A stretch of DNA of 62,877 bases, counting the filler, from Piptocephalis cylindrospora (taxonomy: Eukaryota): assembly GCA_003614145.1 (NCBI GenBank). It is 21 parts of 21 records of this genome, joined end to end, with 100 filler letters (N's around TTAATTAATTAA, not from the genome) between each part and the next. Parts side by side here need not be neighbours in the genome. Positions count along the whole stretch, not along the records: positions 24,080 to 27,001 come from KZ988805.1; positions 27,102 to 30,020 come from KZ988806.1; positions 30,121 to 33,039 come from KZ988807.1; positions 33,140 to 36,058 come from KZ988808.1; 17 more parts are not named here. One strand, given 5' to 3'. A program made the position numbers and the translations under genes. Below are positions 24,135 through 34,871 of the stretch, one piece after another (position 1 is the first letter of the stretch; the number at the start of each line of letters is the position of its first letter). The notes under the pieces are model-generated. The model was not told the DNA's origin, searched no databases, and worked only from the letters and a program-made list of their open reading frames with translations.

Positions 24135-24609
24135 GCTCAAGGCCAAGTACAAGCCTTACGAGGCTAAGCGTGCTCTGTGTGCTCAGTATAGCATCTTCCT
24201 CGCGGATGACCGTGTCCTTCCCCTTCTTCCCAAGCTGCTGGGCAAGGCTTTCTTCCGCAAGAAGAAGCAGCCTCTCCCCGTTTGCCTCTCCAAGGGCGAC
24301 ATTAAGACCGAGATTAATCGTGCCCTCAACTCTACCCGCCTTCACCACTCCACTGGATCCTGCACCTCCATCCACATTGCCCACACCGGCATGAGCGCCG
24401 AACACGTTCGGGATAACCTGATCCATGCTATCCCCGAGATTGTCGAGCACATGGGCAAGAAGTGGCGTAACATCCAGTGTCTCAGTATTAAGACCTCCAC
24501 CTCTACCTCCCTTCCTATCTACAGCTCCCTGCCCGATGACATCAACATGGTATCCTCTGGCAAGGCTTCTGTCGCATCACCCGCACCAGTTACCACAGCC
24601 AAGGAGTAG
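24130..24609 (+). CDS. Ribosomal protein L1 domain-containing protein (UTP30/CIC1/RSL1D1 family), 5' partial
   Basis: SKLKAKYKPYEAKRALCAQYSIFLADDRVLPLLPKLLGKAFFRKKKQP...WRNIQCLSIKTSTSTSLPIY. Confidence 0.88.
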   Translation, partial: SKLKAKYKPYEAKRALCAQYSIFLADDRVLPLLPKLLGKAFFRKKKQPLPVCLSKGDIKTEINRALNSTRLHHSTGSCTSIHIAHTGMSAEHVRDNLIHAIPEIVEHMGKKWRNIQCLSIKTSTSTSLPIYSSLPDDINMVSSGKASVASPAPVTTAKE

Positions 24610-24845
24610 CCATGCCTTTCCAGGTAGATCATGATAGGAGGAAGGGAGGGAGGGAAGGAGAGAGAGAAGGATGAAGGGGTGGTAGGGATGGGATGGGATC
24701 TCTTTTTTCTTTCTGCTTCATTCGTAATATACCCTGTGTTGATGTCGTAGAGATGGGATGATGAAGGGTATAAACGAGAACCATATTGTTTTAGTCTACT
24801 CATCATCACAAATAAGACACTACCTCGGTCTTTAAAAAAAAAGCT

Positions 24846-26747
24846 TCACTGATCCTTCCTTTCCTCATCCACTTCCATCCCTGGCTCCTCTAGGGGGAAG
24901 GGGCCCGCAAAGTAGCCTAGGCCTCGTGCAGTTAGATAAGCCCAGGAGAGAGAGAAGATAGCGGCGGAGATGGCTACATTCGCCATGGTCCACAGATCGG
25001 GTAAACGGCCTGGAGGTGGGATAAAAAGATCCACGATCAGAGCTACCCCCATGACCAAGTAAGAGCCCTATGGAGAAACGGTCTTGAGAAGAGGAAAGGG
25101 TCTAGCAATTTAAGGAAGCCAACTTACTAGAACAGTCCATCTGACCGGATGAGGAGCACGGATAACCGTGGTAAAATATCCGCCCAACCAGTTCCACAGG
25201 GCCCATCCAGTCAAGAGCGGGACAATGACTCCATCTCTCTTCAAAAGCGGGAGCATGCTAAACCCATCAGGGGACCATGAGCAATGAAGGCCAAGTGATT
25301 CCGGTCTCTATCCCTTCCACACTCAACTTACCTAAAAGTCGCAGTATTGATGAACCATGGGACGAGGACCGGTTCATTGACCAGCAGCATAGAAATGGGC
25401 AGGATAGGCAAGAGGATGGTTTTCTCATGCACCTGATAGGACAAGAGGAAAAAGGCCAAAGAGGAGGAGGCAAGACCATAGATGAGCTTCCTTGGAGAGG
25501 GCTTGATCAAGAGGCCAATGCAGACTGGAAGGCAAGCCACGAGGGTGAAGATGGCACTGGATGAATTCAACACAAAGACAGATTAGTCTTCCATCCCATA
25601 CTACCTCCTTCTGCCTTTCAGTAATATTAAGCAAGGCTCACCTAAGCCGAACCAATTGAGGCTGGGAGAGTTTCTCTCGTAACCGTAGGACTGGGCCAAG
25701 AGCACACCAAAGGTTTGCCACCTTGTCCTCGTAGAGCCCTCGACCGACGGGGAAGATACGGATAAAGACCTGTTGTACATCCCTAATGGATCGAAGAAAG
25801 GGAAGGAGGAGCGCGACAATGGTCAGGGTGACTGAAAGCCCCAGTCGCACCAAAAGCCTGAGTCCCTGGTTTAGGGACCGTTGACGATAGCACCGTCCAA
25901 GGAGGAAGGTGAAGATGGGAAGAGCGTAGTACAGGGCCATTTGCTTGAAGCCCAAAGCCAGGGTAAAGAGCACGGCGCCCCTTCCGTACGCCCGGTCCCA
26001 GAAAGCATTATAGGCATGTAGAACCAGGCCGAGCATGACACTATTATACTGAAAGTGCCCATGATCAATGATAGTTAGAGCCGGTTGGGTGAGGAAGAGG
26101 AGGAGGGCTGCGGTAGAGAGGGGAGAGAAGGTGCGGGAAGTTCCGGGCTTGGATCCGGCTCTTACACCGCCCTCGTGCAGCGTATATGCCCAGTACCGAC
26201 GGGCAAAGCCGTAGGCTGCAGGAAGGTAGATAAGAATGTCGGTGACGAGGACTGTAGCGCGCATAAAGGTCTTGCTCGGTCCATCTTCGTAGCCTCTGGA
26301 TACATCCAAGGCCACCCAAGCCGGGTTAATCCAGTTCCCCACGGCCCCGCACACCCAGCTGACATAGGCCGTGAGCGGAGGGTAGTCTAGACCCCAGTAC
26401 TGCAAATCATATCGGTACCACTGCGTCATGGGCAAGTGCCAGGTCAATTCCATCCAATGCCGCTGCGCTTCATAATCCCCATACATGGGTGGAATCCCAG
26501 CCCCAGAGTAGGGCCATAGTCCTGTGGTCCATCGGAGTAGGAGCGAGAAGAGGGCGACGACGAGCGGAGCAAGCCCTTGAGCGACTTGTCCTCCCGTCTC
26601 TTCCACCGTGGTGGCCCATTGTACTGCCGGACATTCTAGGTCCAGGGATGGGGGTGAGGAAGAAGAAGAGGTGAAGGAGGAGGCCTTTGGCAAGCTAGAT
26701 TGGGTGGAAGGAGGGCCATGTCGGGTTCGAGCGGAGTGTTTCGGCAT
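24846..26747 (-). CDS. ALG6: Dolichyl-P-Glc:Man9GlcNAc2-PP-dolichol alpha-1,3-glucosyltransferase, multi-exon
   Basis: PPMYGDYEAQRHWME, YWGLDYPPLTAY, IDHGHFQYN, FKQMALYY, RIFPVGRGLYEDKVANLWC, FFLLSYQVHEKTILLP and C-terminal PPGRLPDLW. Confidence 0.96.
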
Positions 26748-26843
26748 GTTTGTTTAGGAGGGAGGGTAAAAAGTGGAAAGAATAAAGATGTTTGGATTGT
26801 CTGGCTTCTGTCGAGCGGCCTATCTTGAAGATACATGGTAGTG

Positions 26844-27001
26844 TTATTTAATGATGACAATGCTGCAAGACGAATGGGAGAGGCAGGGGAGCTTGACTGG
26901 GTTGACACGCTCATTCAAGCGCGTGAAAGATATCTTCAACCTGGGGTTGGATTTATAGTGTGTGTTGAAGGGGTTGATGTTCCAGGGCTTGTGGGAACCA
27001 A
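26844..27001 (-). CDS. Possible 3' end of an unidentified gene
   Basis: Open frame GSHKPWNINPFNTHYKSNPRLKISFTRLNERVNPVKLPCLSHSSCSIVIIK* from the contig end. No recognised motif. Confidence 0.25.
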
Positions 27002-27464
27002 NNNNNNNNNNNNNNNNNNNNNNNNNNNNNNNNNNNNNNNNNNNNTTAATTAATTAANNNNNNNNNNNNNNNNNNNNNNNNNNNNNNNNNNNNNNNNNNN
27101 NCTTTACATGATGGATATAATTACACTGGTTTTTGAATGCCTAACAGTTGTCTCTTGAGCCTGCCTCTGTCTATACGGACCAACCTCCACTCGTCCAACA
27201 CCACTTTGTGACACTCTTAGTTATGGTCTGGGGAAAGGGACTCACTATAGACCCGATCAGACTGTCAGTTGGAGCCCCGACTATAAGGTGCAGTAATTGA
27301 AGACCATGACGAGAACAACAACAAACCACCTTTATCTTCCCGTACTCTTCCTACTATCCAATCTATCTATCTAGTTAGTTATTCCCTTGTTCACATCAGT
27401 CCAGTCCGTTCATTCTTCCTTGTTGTCCCAGTCTTTCATTATCAATTCTCCTACGGATAGCGCC

Positions 27465-27911
27465 ATGTCAGGACAGAACGCACAACAGGCCCATGTCACC
27501 AGTGTGCCACCTGATCCTCTGTATCCTGCAAAAGGGATAAGTCGTACCGAGGAAGAGTTGGAGCTTCCTCACTTTCTCTCTCTGACGCCAGGGCAGATTT
27601 CGGGTGTAACCCAAGGTTCTGGAAAGAGGAAAGCAGAACACTTTACCTTATTGGACGACGAGTCGATTGATGGACTCCTTGACCGGCCTAAGACACATGA
27701 GGAAAGCTCTGGGCTTGCGCAGGCAGGTAAGGAATGCAAATATTCCACGGGTGGACGTGAAAGAAAAAAAAGAAGACTTTCACACGAGGGGGTACCTGAG
27801 GCTTCTTGTGAAAAGATACCTAAAGCCTCTGGCGAAGAGACATCCAAGGCCATCCACGGAGAACATAGGAGATACAATCATTCCAAAACGAGAGGTAACC
27901 CTATGGATTGA
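27465..27911 (+). CDS. Hypothetical protein with basic NLS-like patches; 3' end probably chimeric
   Basis: ATG at 27465 (MSGQNAQQ...GKRKAE...RERKKRRLS); its last ~20 codons are the antisense of VPS74 exon 2. Confidence 0.4.
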   Translation: MSGQNAQQAHVTSVPPDPLYPAKGISRTEEELELPHFLSLTPGQISGVTQGSGKRKAEHFTLLDDESIDGLLDRPKTHEESSGLAQAGKECKYSTGGRERKKRRLSHEGVPEASCEKIPKASGEETSKAIHGEHRRYNHSKTRGNPMD

Positions 27912-28174
27912 GACAAGAAAGAAGATGCATGTCAATGGAGGCCCACCTGGGTATACACGCCACACCCAACGCGGCTTACCTCCTTTTCTTTTAGACCAAC
28001 AATAACAACCTGATCCATAAGGGTCAGGGTAGGAGCCCAAGATTCAAGGTCTAGGGTTGAGGAAACAGTATGTCCATTGACAGTGGGGCTAGAGGGAGTT
28101 GAGTTGGTAGAGTCGATGGCATTGGTATTGGCGGCCACCCGTCGTCGGGAAAGTCCAGAGGTCGGAGTGGTCAT
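27851..28174 (-). CDS. VPS74: Golgi phosphoprotein 3 / Vps74 N-terminus, abruptly truncated
   Basis: Exon 1 (28174-27980) MTTPTSGLSRRRV...TLTLMDQVVIVGLKEKE, intron 27979-27901, exon 2 GYLSFWNDCISYVLRG. Similarity ends there. Confidence 0.85.
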
Positions 28175-28232
28175 GTTCGTGCCAAGATGGAAAAGGGGGG
28201 GGAGGGGATCGGAAAGAATGGCCTTGAGATGG

Positions 28233-28270
28233 GGAGGAGGAGGAGGAGGAGGAGGAGGAGGAGGAGGAGG
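28233..28270. repeat. (GGA)n microsatellite between the divergent VPS74 and TOA2 genes
   Basis: About 12 tandem GGA units. Confidence 0.9.
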
Positions 28271-28584
28271 GAAGAGGGAGAAGGAGGCCAAGGACCACGC
28301 TATGCTTCGTCCAGCGGTGGCTCCTCCCACCTGTCTGCCACTATCCCTCCCATCCTCTCCCCATATATATATATCTCTCTCTCTCCACGCTCCACAGTGA
28401 TCTCTCTCCCGGTAGGCTGTGCCCATTTCACTACGTCCAATCATCAACCCCACCTTTACTCACACAGAACTCTCCCCTTGCTCTCCTCATATGAGTGTGA
28501 AGGCTTGGGCACTGCTTGCTTCCTTGCTTACACGAGCCCTTCCTTTCCTTCCTCCCCCTCCCTTCCTCCATCCCTCCCCTAATC

Positions 28585-28991
28585 ATGTCCCAGTACTACG
28601 AGCTTTACCGAAGGTCCACCTTGGGATTTACCTTGACTGAGGCCCTCGATGAACTGATCCAGTCAGGACACATCAATCCACAATTGGCCATGCGAGTCTT
28701 GAATCAGGTTAGTCCAGAAGTAGAAGAGGTCATGGAAAAGTGCCTAGCCCCTCCCTCCCTCTCACCTCCTCTTCTCCCCCCTCTCAGTTTGATAAGACCA
28801 TTACTGATGTCTTGGCTGCCAATGTCAACAACCGCATCACCTTCAAGGGCTCTCTGAAAACATATCGCTTCTGCGACGACGTCTGGACCTTTAACCTTCA
28901 GGACGCCAACTTTCGCTTCGAAAAAGACAATGTCCCTTCCTCCAAGGTCAAGATTGTCGCTTGCAATTCAAAGCGACCTGGTGAGATTTAG
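28585..28991 (+). CDS. TOA2: Transcription initiation factor IIA gamma (small) subunit, 2 exons
   Basis: [21 protein letters not shown]...[11 protein letters not shown], intron, then FDK...[17 protein letters not shown]...VKIVACNSK. Confidence 0.96.
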
Positions 28992-29232
28992 TGCTGTTTC
29001 TTACAAGGGGGAGAGGAAGGCCCCGTCATCCTCCCTTTTTCCTGTATGGATGCAACATCCGTCGGTAGTGCGTACCGAGACTGGAGGAGGAATATCGATT
29101 GCTTCATGTGTACTTCTTGGCCCTTTCCACCCCACTACTGTATTATTATTATTATTATTATTTAAGTTGACCTAGAGGATGTCATTCAGAAAATGCAAGG
29201 TCCATACAGTGAATGGTCCAAAAATGTCGGAA

Positions 29233-29304
29233 TGCCCCCTGCCAGAATTGAACTAGCGACCTTTGGTTTACAAGACCAACGCTCTACCACTAAGCCAAGG
29301 AGGC
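29233..29304 (-). tRNA. tRNA-Thr(TGT)
   Basis: GCCTCCTTGGCTTAGTGGTAGAGCGTTGGTCTTGTAAACCAAAGGTCGCTAGTTCAATTCTGGCAGGGGGCA folds as a cloverleaf; anticodon stem TTGGT/ACCAA with anticodon TGT; GTTCAA T-loop. Confidence 0.95.
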
Positions 29305-30120
29305 GACATTTTGTGTCGTTTTGACCCTCCTTGATATTAGTTATACTTTTACGCAGCTCGCTCTTGTTTATCCCTTATCCTTGTCCACCTCCCTCATCAT
29401 TACCCCATCCTGGAATAGGTTTAAAACCGGCCTATCCAATAGATCTTGAGGATAGTCAATTGCATTTTGACAGAGAATTGCTCAAGGAAACTACAAAACA
29501 CCCTTGTGTCTTTTTCTATCCTCAACATATTTACAGAACTTTCCATACCTATATGTTATTACAATATTATCATGATAGTGGATTAATTATATGACATAAA
29601 AACCCCAAATTATTATCTTTGCAGAGCAGTGATTAGTCCATAGTACTAATAAAGTCAGCCTTTATGGTAATAAAAATCCTCATGCCACCATTATCTCCTG
29701 GATCCTTGATGGAGCTTCTTATGTCCATGAACCCCTTGTACCTCATCCAAATCAATGTGCTTCAGAGATACATTATCTTCTTAAGGTTCTGCTTGTCCTA
29801 GAACCTAGATTAAGGCTTGGCATTTGCCCGAGAGATGGATGAATGGCTGGGCGAAATTTTTATAAAAAAAAGAATACACTGAATCTGCCAGCTTTCCCTC
29901 CTTCAGTGAGATTGTGGCAAGATTGGGCTGGGTTTGGTATTCGAAGCAAGTGCTGGGGAAAGTGCCTCCCAGGACCACAACTGTGTCCCATCGTTTCAAT
30001 TCCCATCTCCATAGGTTCAGNNNNNNNNNNNNNNNNNNNNNNNNNNNNNNNNNNNNNNNNNNNNTTAATTAATTAANNNNNNNNNNNNNNNNNNNNNNNN
30101 NNNNNNNNNNNNNNNNNNNN

Positions 30121-30636
30121 TTTCCCAGGATATGCTCGGATGGAAGTGTCGATCCAGGTAAGTGAGAGCGATGGCCAAAACGGTGTGTAGTATCCAGAGG
30201 CCTGGAGCACTCAGCCTCTCTCCCACGGGGGATAGATGAAGTGGAGAGGATGGGACTTGAGCCGTATGGCCAAGCCCCTTGGCTGACCATCCTTGGGGCT
30301 TCGGTGCCGGTGGGCCCAAGGGGGGAGGGGAGGGCTGGACATGGGAGAAGGGCCTCCTTTGCGGATTATGGACCTTACGCGACCCTGAACCGACCCGCTC
30401 CTCGACCGGCGTCTCAGTGGGAGGTGGACTTTGTCGCTTCAGCGTATGGGGATGAGGTGGGTGAGGCGTATGCGCGGAGTGTGTCCGAGTTTGTGTCGGG
30501 ACTCCCGGAACCTGTGCGTGTCTGGGCCCATTCTCAGGTCAACGAGCATACCCTTGGGGGACATGGGCTTGCCACGGGGGTTTGGGGGGAGATGATCAAG
30601 GAGCAGGGCCGTTCGATGAACGGGGAGGATGTGTGA
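30121..30636 (+). CDS. C-terminal part of a BRD7/BRD9-like bromodomain protein, 5' partial
   Basis: DYGPYATL and SAYGDEVGEAYARSVSEFV resemble the conserved post-bromodomain region of BRD7/9-type proteins. GTAAGT donor near 30158. Confidence 0.5.
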
Positions 30637-33139
30637 CTTGGGTTGTATTGGCGTTGATTGAATGTGTATCCATGTCCATTGTCTTTCGTTCATCCAGGGA
30701 GAGAGAGAGATAGAGGGGGAGGGAGCGGAGGAGATGGGAAGGATGGCCCCATTTGTCCTTGGACATGGGGAGCACTTTAGGTTCATTACCCCTGGGAAAT
30801 ACCATTTTAAAAAAGGGGTTTAGAGGATGACCAAGAGACCCTTGAAGAGCATGGCACTTTACCTTATTTCAGGATCATTGGATGGGCCGGGAGAGGACCA
30901 ACGAGAGGGCATGATGCGCTGGCGTCCTCTGGGCGTATTCTCAGAGTCCGGTCCTCCTCCATGTGCGCCTTCAAGCCCCGTTTTCCTCATGACCCATCAG
31001 GAAGGGTGGTGGTCAGCAGCAGCACATTCTGGGGGGAGGGAGTGTGTAGGGATGCTCACTCTAGACCTCCTTGGTCTCCATTCCCCGTACCTGGTGATGG
31101 GTTGTGTTCATGGGGGAGGATTTCAGGTCGAGATTCAGGCTTATGCCAGTGATCACTAGGGACATCCCCTTGGGGATGTCTGCATGCTACTTGACCGCAC
31201 AATGGGCGAGCAGATGGGTTGCATTCTGGTCCATTTCCGGTTTCTCCTCTTCATATCCTACCCATGCAGCCCCTGTCCTTCTCGATGGGTGTGGCAAGTC
31301 CGCTGTTCACTTTCTCCGAGCCTACCAGATCGGACACTCCACACCAACTGGATCGATTTGGACACGGACTGGATTGAACCTGGGTGTGACCTGGACGCGA
31401 CCTGGAGCCAAACCGCTCCTGCACTTCCCCGATACGCGAGATGGACGGGATGGGTTCTGCGCGCGGGTAGGACCAGGTCAGGTGAAGGTTTGAAGGGTGT
31501 GAAGGTGCTCCTCCCCTTTTCTTTCAGATAAAGGAGGAAGGGGGGCCAATCAGCCTTTCCCACACGGCAGACACTTATGGGAGGAAGGGAGGTTGTGTCA
31601 AGGTATATAGGTAGGAGGAGGGAGGGAGGTGAGTCTTTCTTTCTTTCAAAACCAGCCTTTGGGATGTGTGTGTGAGAGAGCTCCTCCATAGTGTGAAGAG
31701 GAGACATGTCATTCCCCTTTGTGTGCGCCCCTACACCATTCACATACTTTGCAGTACTGTGACATGACGCCCTTTCTTACATCTCTCTCTCTGCATTCTC
31801 CCCCCTCCATATATCCCTCCGTTGTCATTTTGTCTAGGTGGGAGGGGAGTGAGTGTGTGTCGGGGGGGCCTGTATGGGCTGAACCTTCCAGGTCCTTCGC
31901 TGGTCACACACACACACACACAGACACATATACACATACACACCTCACTCTCCATCATATCCATAGATGGGGAATAGCGTGCAGTGTAGGGGGAGAGAGG
32001 CGGTAGCCATGTATGTGTGTGCATCTCCCTCATTGCCCGCTCTTCCCTCTACCCTATTCTCCCTTATCCAACACATCTCTGTGAGTGTGTGACCCATCGT
32101 GATGTCCCCTTTCCTGTGTGTGCTTGGGGGAGGAGAGAGACTGAGAGCACCTCATCATCCGCCATCACCACGCGCATGTATATGTGTGCGCGCGTCTCTT
32201 TCTCTTCCCGACTCTACACCGCCAGAACGCCATCGTCAGAGGTGGGCAACCCTCAGCGCTCTCATACTGCGCGCCCCACTAAAAACCCACATTGCCCCCC
32301 CCATCCCCTCATCAGCGCTAGCAAGTCAGTCCTAATCAGTATCAAAACCCGCGTCCCCCCCTCCATACACAGGCCAAGACCGTCGTCCCTCATTCACCCT
32401 TCCTCCCCTCCTCAAGCCCCGCTCTCACTCTCCGATTCCCATCGCCATACGCCCTGCCCCATCTAGCCAGCCCAGCCCAGCCCAGCTTAGTGTAATTCAG
32501 TCTTCATAGCTCAACCCCCTCCCCCATCCGCTCCTCTCCCACCCACCTCCTTTTTCTCTCTCTTTCCTCCTCCTCCCTCCACCCTCGTTCCCCTTGGCAC
32601 ATTCACTCACACTCTCTCTTTCTTCCTCATCCTCCCTTCTTCTTCCCCCACCCTCAACTTTCAAACCAACTATCCCCCCCCTTCCTCCTCCCCCCCTCAC
32701 ACACACACATCAACATCATGTCTGCCGTAAGTATCCTTTTGTCTCTTGTCTGCTCCACCTTCTCCCCCCCTCCCCCCCCCCGCCCCCCCTCCCCCCCCCT
32801 CCCCCCTCCCTCACACACACCTGCGCGCAGCCGATCCATCGTGAGATGATGGGTTTCATTCTCGACGTGTCTTTTCCTTATTGATCCTGTCTTGCTTGCC
32901 TCTTTCCCTCGAGAGATCTTTCCTTGTCCTGTCTTGTCGCTCACTGCCATTCCACTTTTGCTCACCCACCGCCCACCGCTGCCTCTCCCACCCCCTCTTC
33001 TCGCGCAACGCTCTCTCGCGCCGCCAGTTCTCACGTCCANNNNNNNNNNNNNNNNNNNNNNNNNNNNNNNNNNNNNNNNNNNNTTAATTAATTAANNNNN
33101 NNNNNNNNNNNNNNNNNNNNNNNNNNNNNNNNNNNNNNN

Positions 33140-33351
33140 CAGATTCCGAGGCAGTGGGCTGAGCTGGTGGTGTGGCTTCCTGGCTTGTTTGCCTATGGTC
33201 ATGGTTAGAAAAGAAGGGTATATGATGATGAGTTGGGAGCTTCTCTTGTTCGTCTCTTGACTGCCTGGCATAAAAGTTCTTACGGTGGCTGTGGGGATTC
33301 GTCGTCTGCTCCGCCCATTAGGGCAAGGATCTCATCATCTAGGTCGCTCAT
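33140..33351 (-). CDS. RTF1: Paf1 complex subunit Rtf1, 5' end (2 exons visible)
   Basis: MSDLDDEILALMGGADDE closely resembles the Rtf1 N-terminal motif (MSDLD..LLALAG). GTAAGA donor and CATAG acceptor follow. Confidence 0.6.
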
Positions 33352-33741
33352 GGGATACTGGCAAGGGCACAGAGGGAGGGGATGGGACGGGGCGATGGAG
33401 TGGATGGGCTATGTTCTGGTAAAGGCAATGTGTAAGCGATGAGGGAAACAGGAAAAGTTGAGCGTGGCTTAGTGTTGTGGATTCCAGCTCTCATGTTTAT
33501 GGCTGGGTTTAGCGGTGTGAACGTCTAGATATGATAATTAAACATCGTTTACTGTACCCTTTCTCTATCTACTATGGGCCCTTTAGTCTTCAGGTGATTA
33601 TGAAATAATTGTCTTCATTCTAGCATGAAAATTGGTCCTGAACTCTAAGGGGATTAGTACTAAGCCATTGAGCAGCGTCATTTTTGGTTAGTTCATATTA
33701 TAATGGGTTTAAATAAATCCATGGTTTCCATAAAAAATATA

Positions 33742-33815
33742 GCTTCCGTGGCGCAATTGGCTAGCGCGTCTGACTGTTAATCAGGAGGTTGGTGGTTCGA
33801 TCCCACCCGGGAGCG
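33742..33815 (+). tRNA. tRNA-Asn(GTT)
   Basis: GCTTCCGTGGCGCAATTGGCTAGCGCGTCTGACTGTTAATCAGGAGGTTGGTGGTTCGATCCCACCCGGGAGCG; anticodon GTT; followed by a TTTTT Pol III terminator. Confidence 0.96.
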
Positions 33816-33923
33816 TTTTTGTAATTTCCATTATTGGCGCAATGACACTAAATTTTTGGTGGATATATCCCTAGGGAGGGGTATATTGGACAGATGATAG
33901 AGGTGATAATGAAGGTGATTGGG

Positions 33924-34871
33924 TCAGGAGGCTGGTCCAAGCAGACCTTTTTCTCGAGCAATCTTGACTAGCTCCTCGCCTTCATTGAGCATATCCTTGA
34001 CAGTGGATTTCTGATGGAGGATGGCCAATTCCTCAATTATCCCCGTAGCATCCTTTTGTAATGCCATGTCCATGAATTGAGTGTTTGCAGGGGGGAAGGA
34101 GGGGGAGGTAGAAGTGTTGGTTGGGCCCGCGGGCTCCAAAGTAAGACGGAGATTGACGGACTGGGCGTACACATGGGCCAGGGACACAAGATGTTGACTG
34201 AAGGCAAGAATATTCGCCTTAAGAAAGATCCGTATCTCACGAGTTAACCAGGTACGAAGGTCCACAAAAGGGATATCCTTGGTAAGTCGGGTATCCGCTT
34301 TACTGAAGAGGGCTTCGAGATCCTGATGCACCAAGGTCATGGTGGCATTCTTCAGGAGGATCAACGAGGGGAGAAGGGAACGTTGAATGCTACTTGGGGC
34401 CGATGGAGCAGTGAAGCGATTAATAGGCAAGGCGGTCAATAAGACTTGAGTCATGGTGGTAGCAAATTGGAGAGAGAGGCGGGAAAGGACATTGACCAAT
34501 TTGGCATCCACGGTGAGGAAAATAGTCCGGGAGACTGCTAGAGTCGTGGGATTACATAGACAGTTCGCCAAATCACGAGGCTCTGGGGCCGTAGGAATCG
34601 CCGCGTCACCCATGGGGTTGATCGTGTCGTTGATGAGCCCATTGACCTTCCCCAAAGGACCTGGCAGTATATCGTGACTCAGAACCAGGGGATCTGGTAG
34701 GGGAGCCAGGCTTTCCATACTCCAGGCTCGATGATTAATGTCCTCCTTGGAGGGATGGGCGAGGAAACGGTCGATCATCTTCATCGGGAGAAATCCTGGG
34801 AATGCTGAGATCATTATCGTACCAAAGAAGGAGAGCAGAACCCAAGAAGCAACAAGCAAAAGGGGACGCAT
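33924..34871 (-). CDS. Secreted hypothetical protein, 315 aa, intronless
   Basis: MRPLLLVASWVLLSFFGTIMISA|FP signal peptide; long ORF with a pyrimidine-rich leader; no recognised domain. Confidence 0.75.
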   Translation of the reverse strand: MRPLLLVASWVLLSFFGTIMISAFPGFLPMKMIDRFLAHPSKEDINHRAWSMESLAPLPDPLVLSHDILPGPLGKVNGLINDTINPMGDAAIPTAPEPRDLANCLCNPTTLAVSRTIFLTVDAKLVNVLSRLSLQFATTMTQVLLTALPINRFTAPSAPSSIQRSLLPSLILLKNATMTLVHQDLEALFSKADTRLTKDIPFVDLRTWLTREIRIFLKANILAFSQHLVSLAHVYAQSVNLRLTLEPAGPTNTSTSPSFPPANTQFMDMALQKDATGIIEELAILHQKSTVKDMLNEGEELVKIAREKGLLGPAS

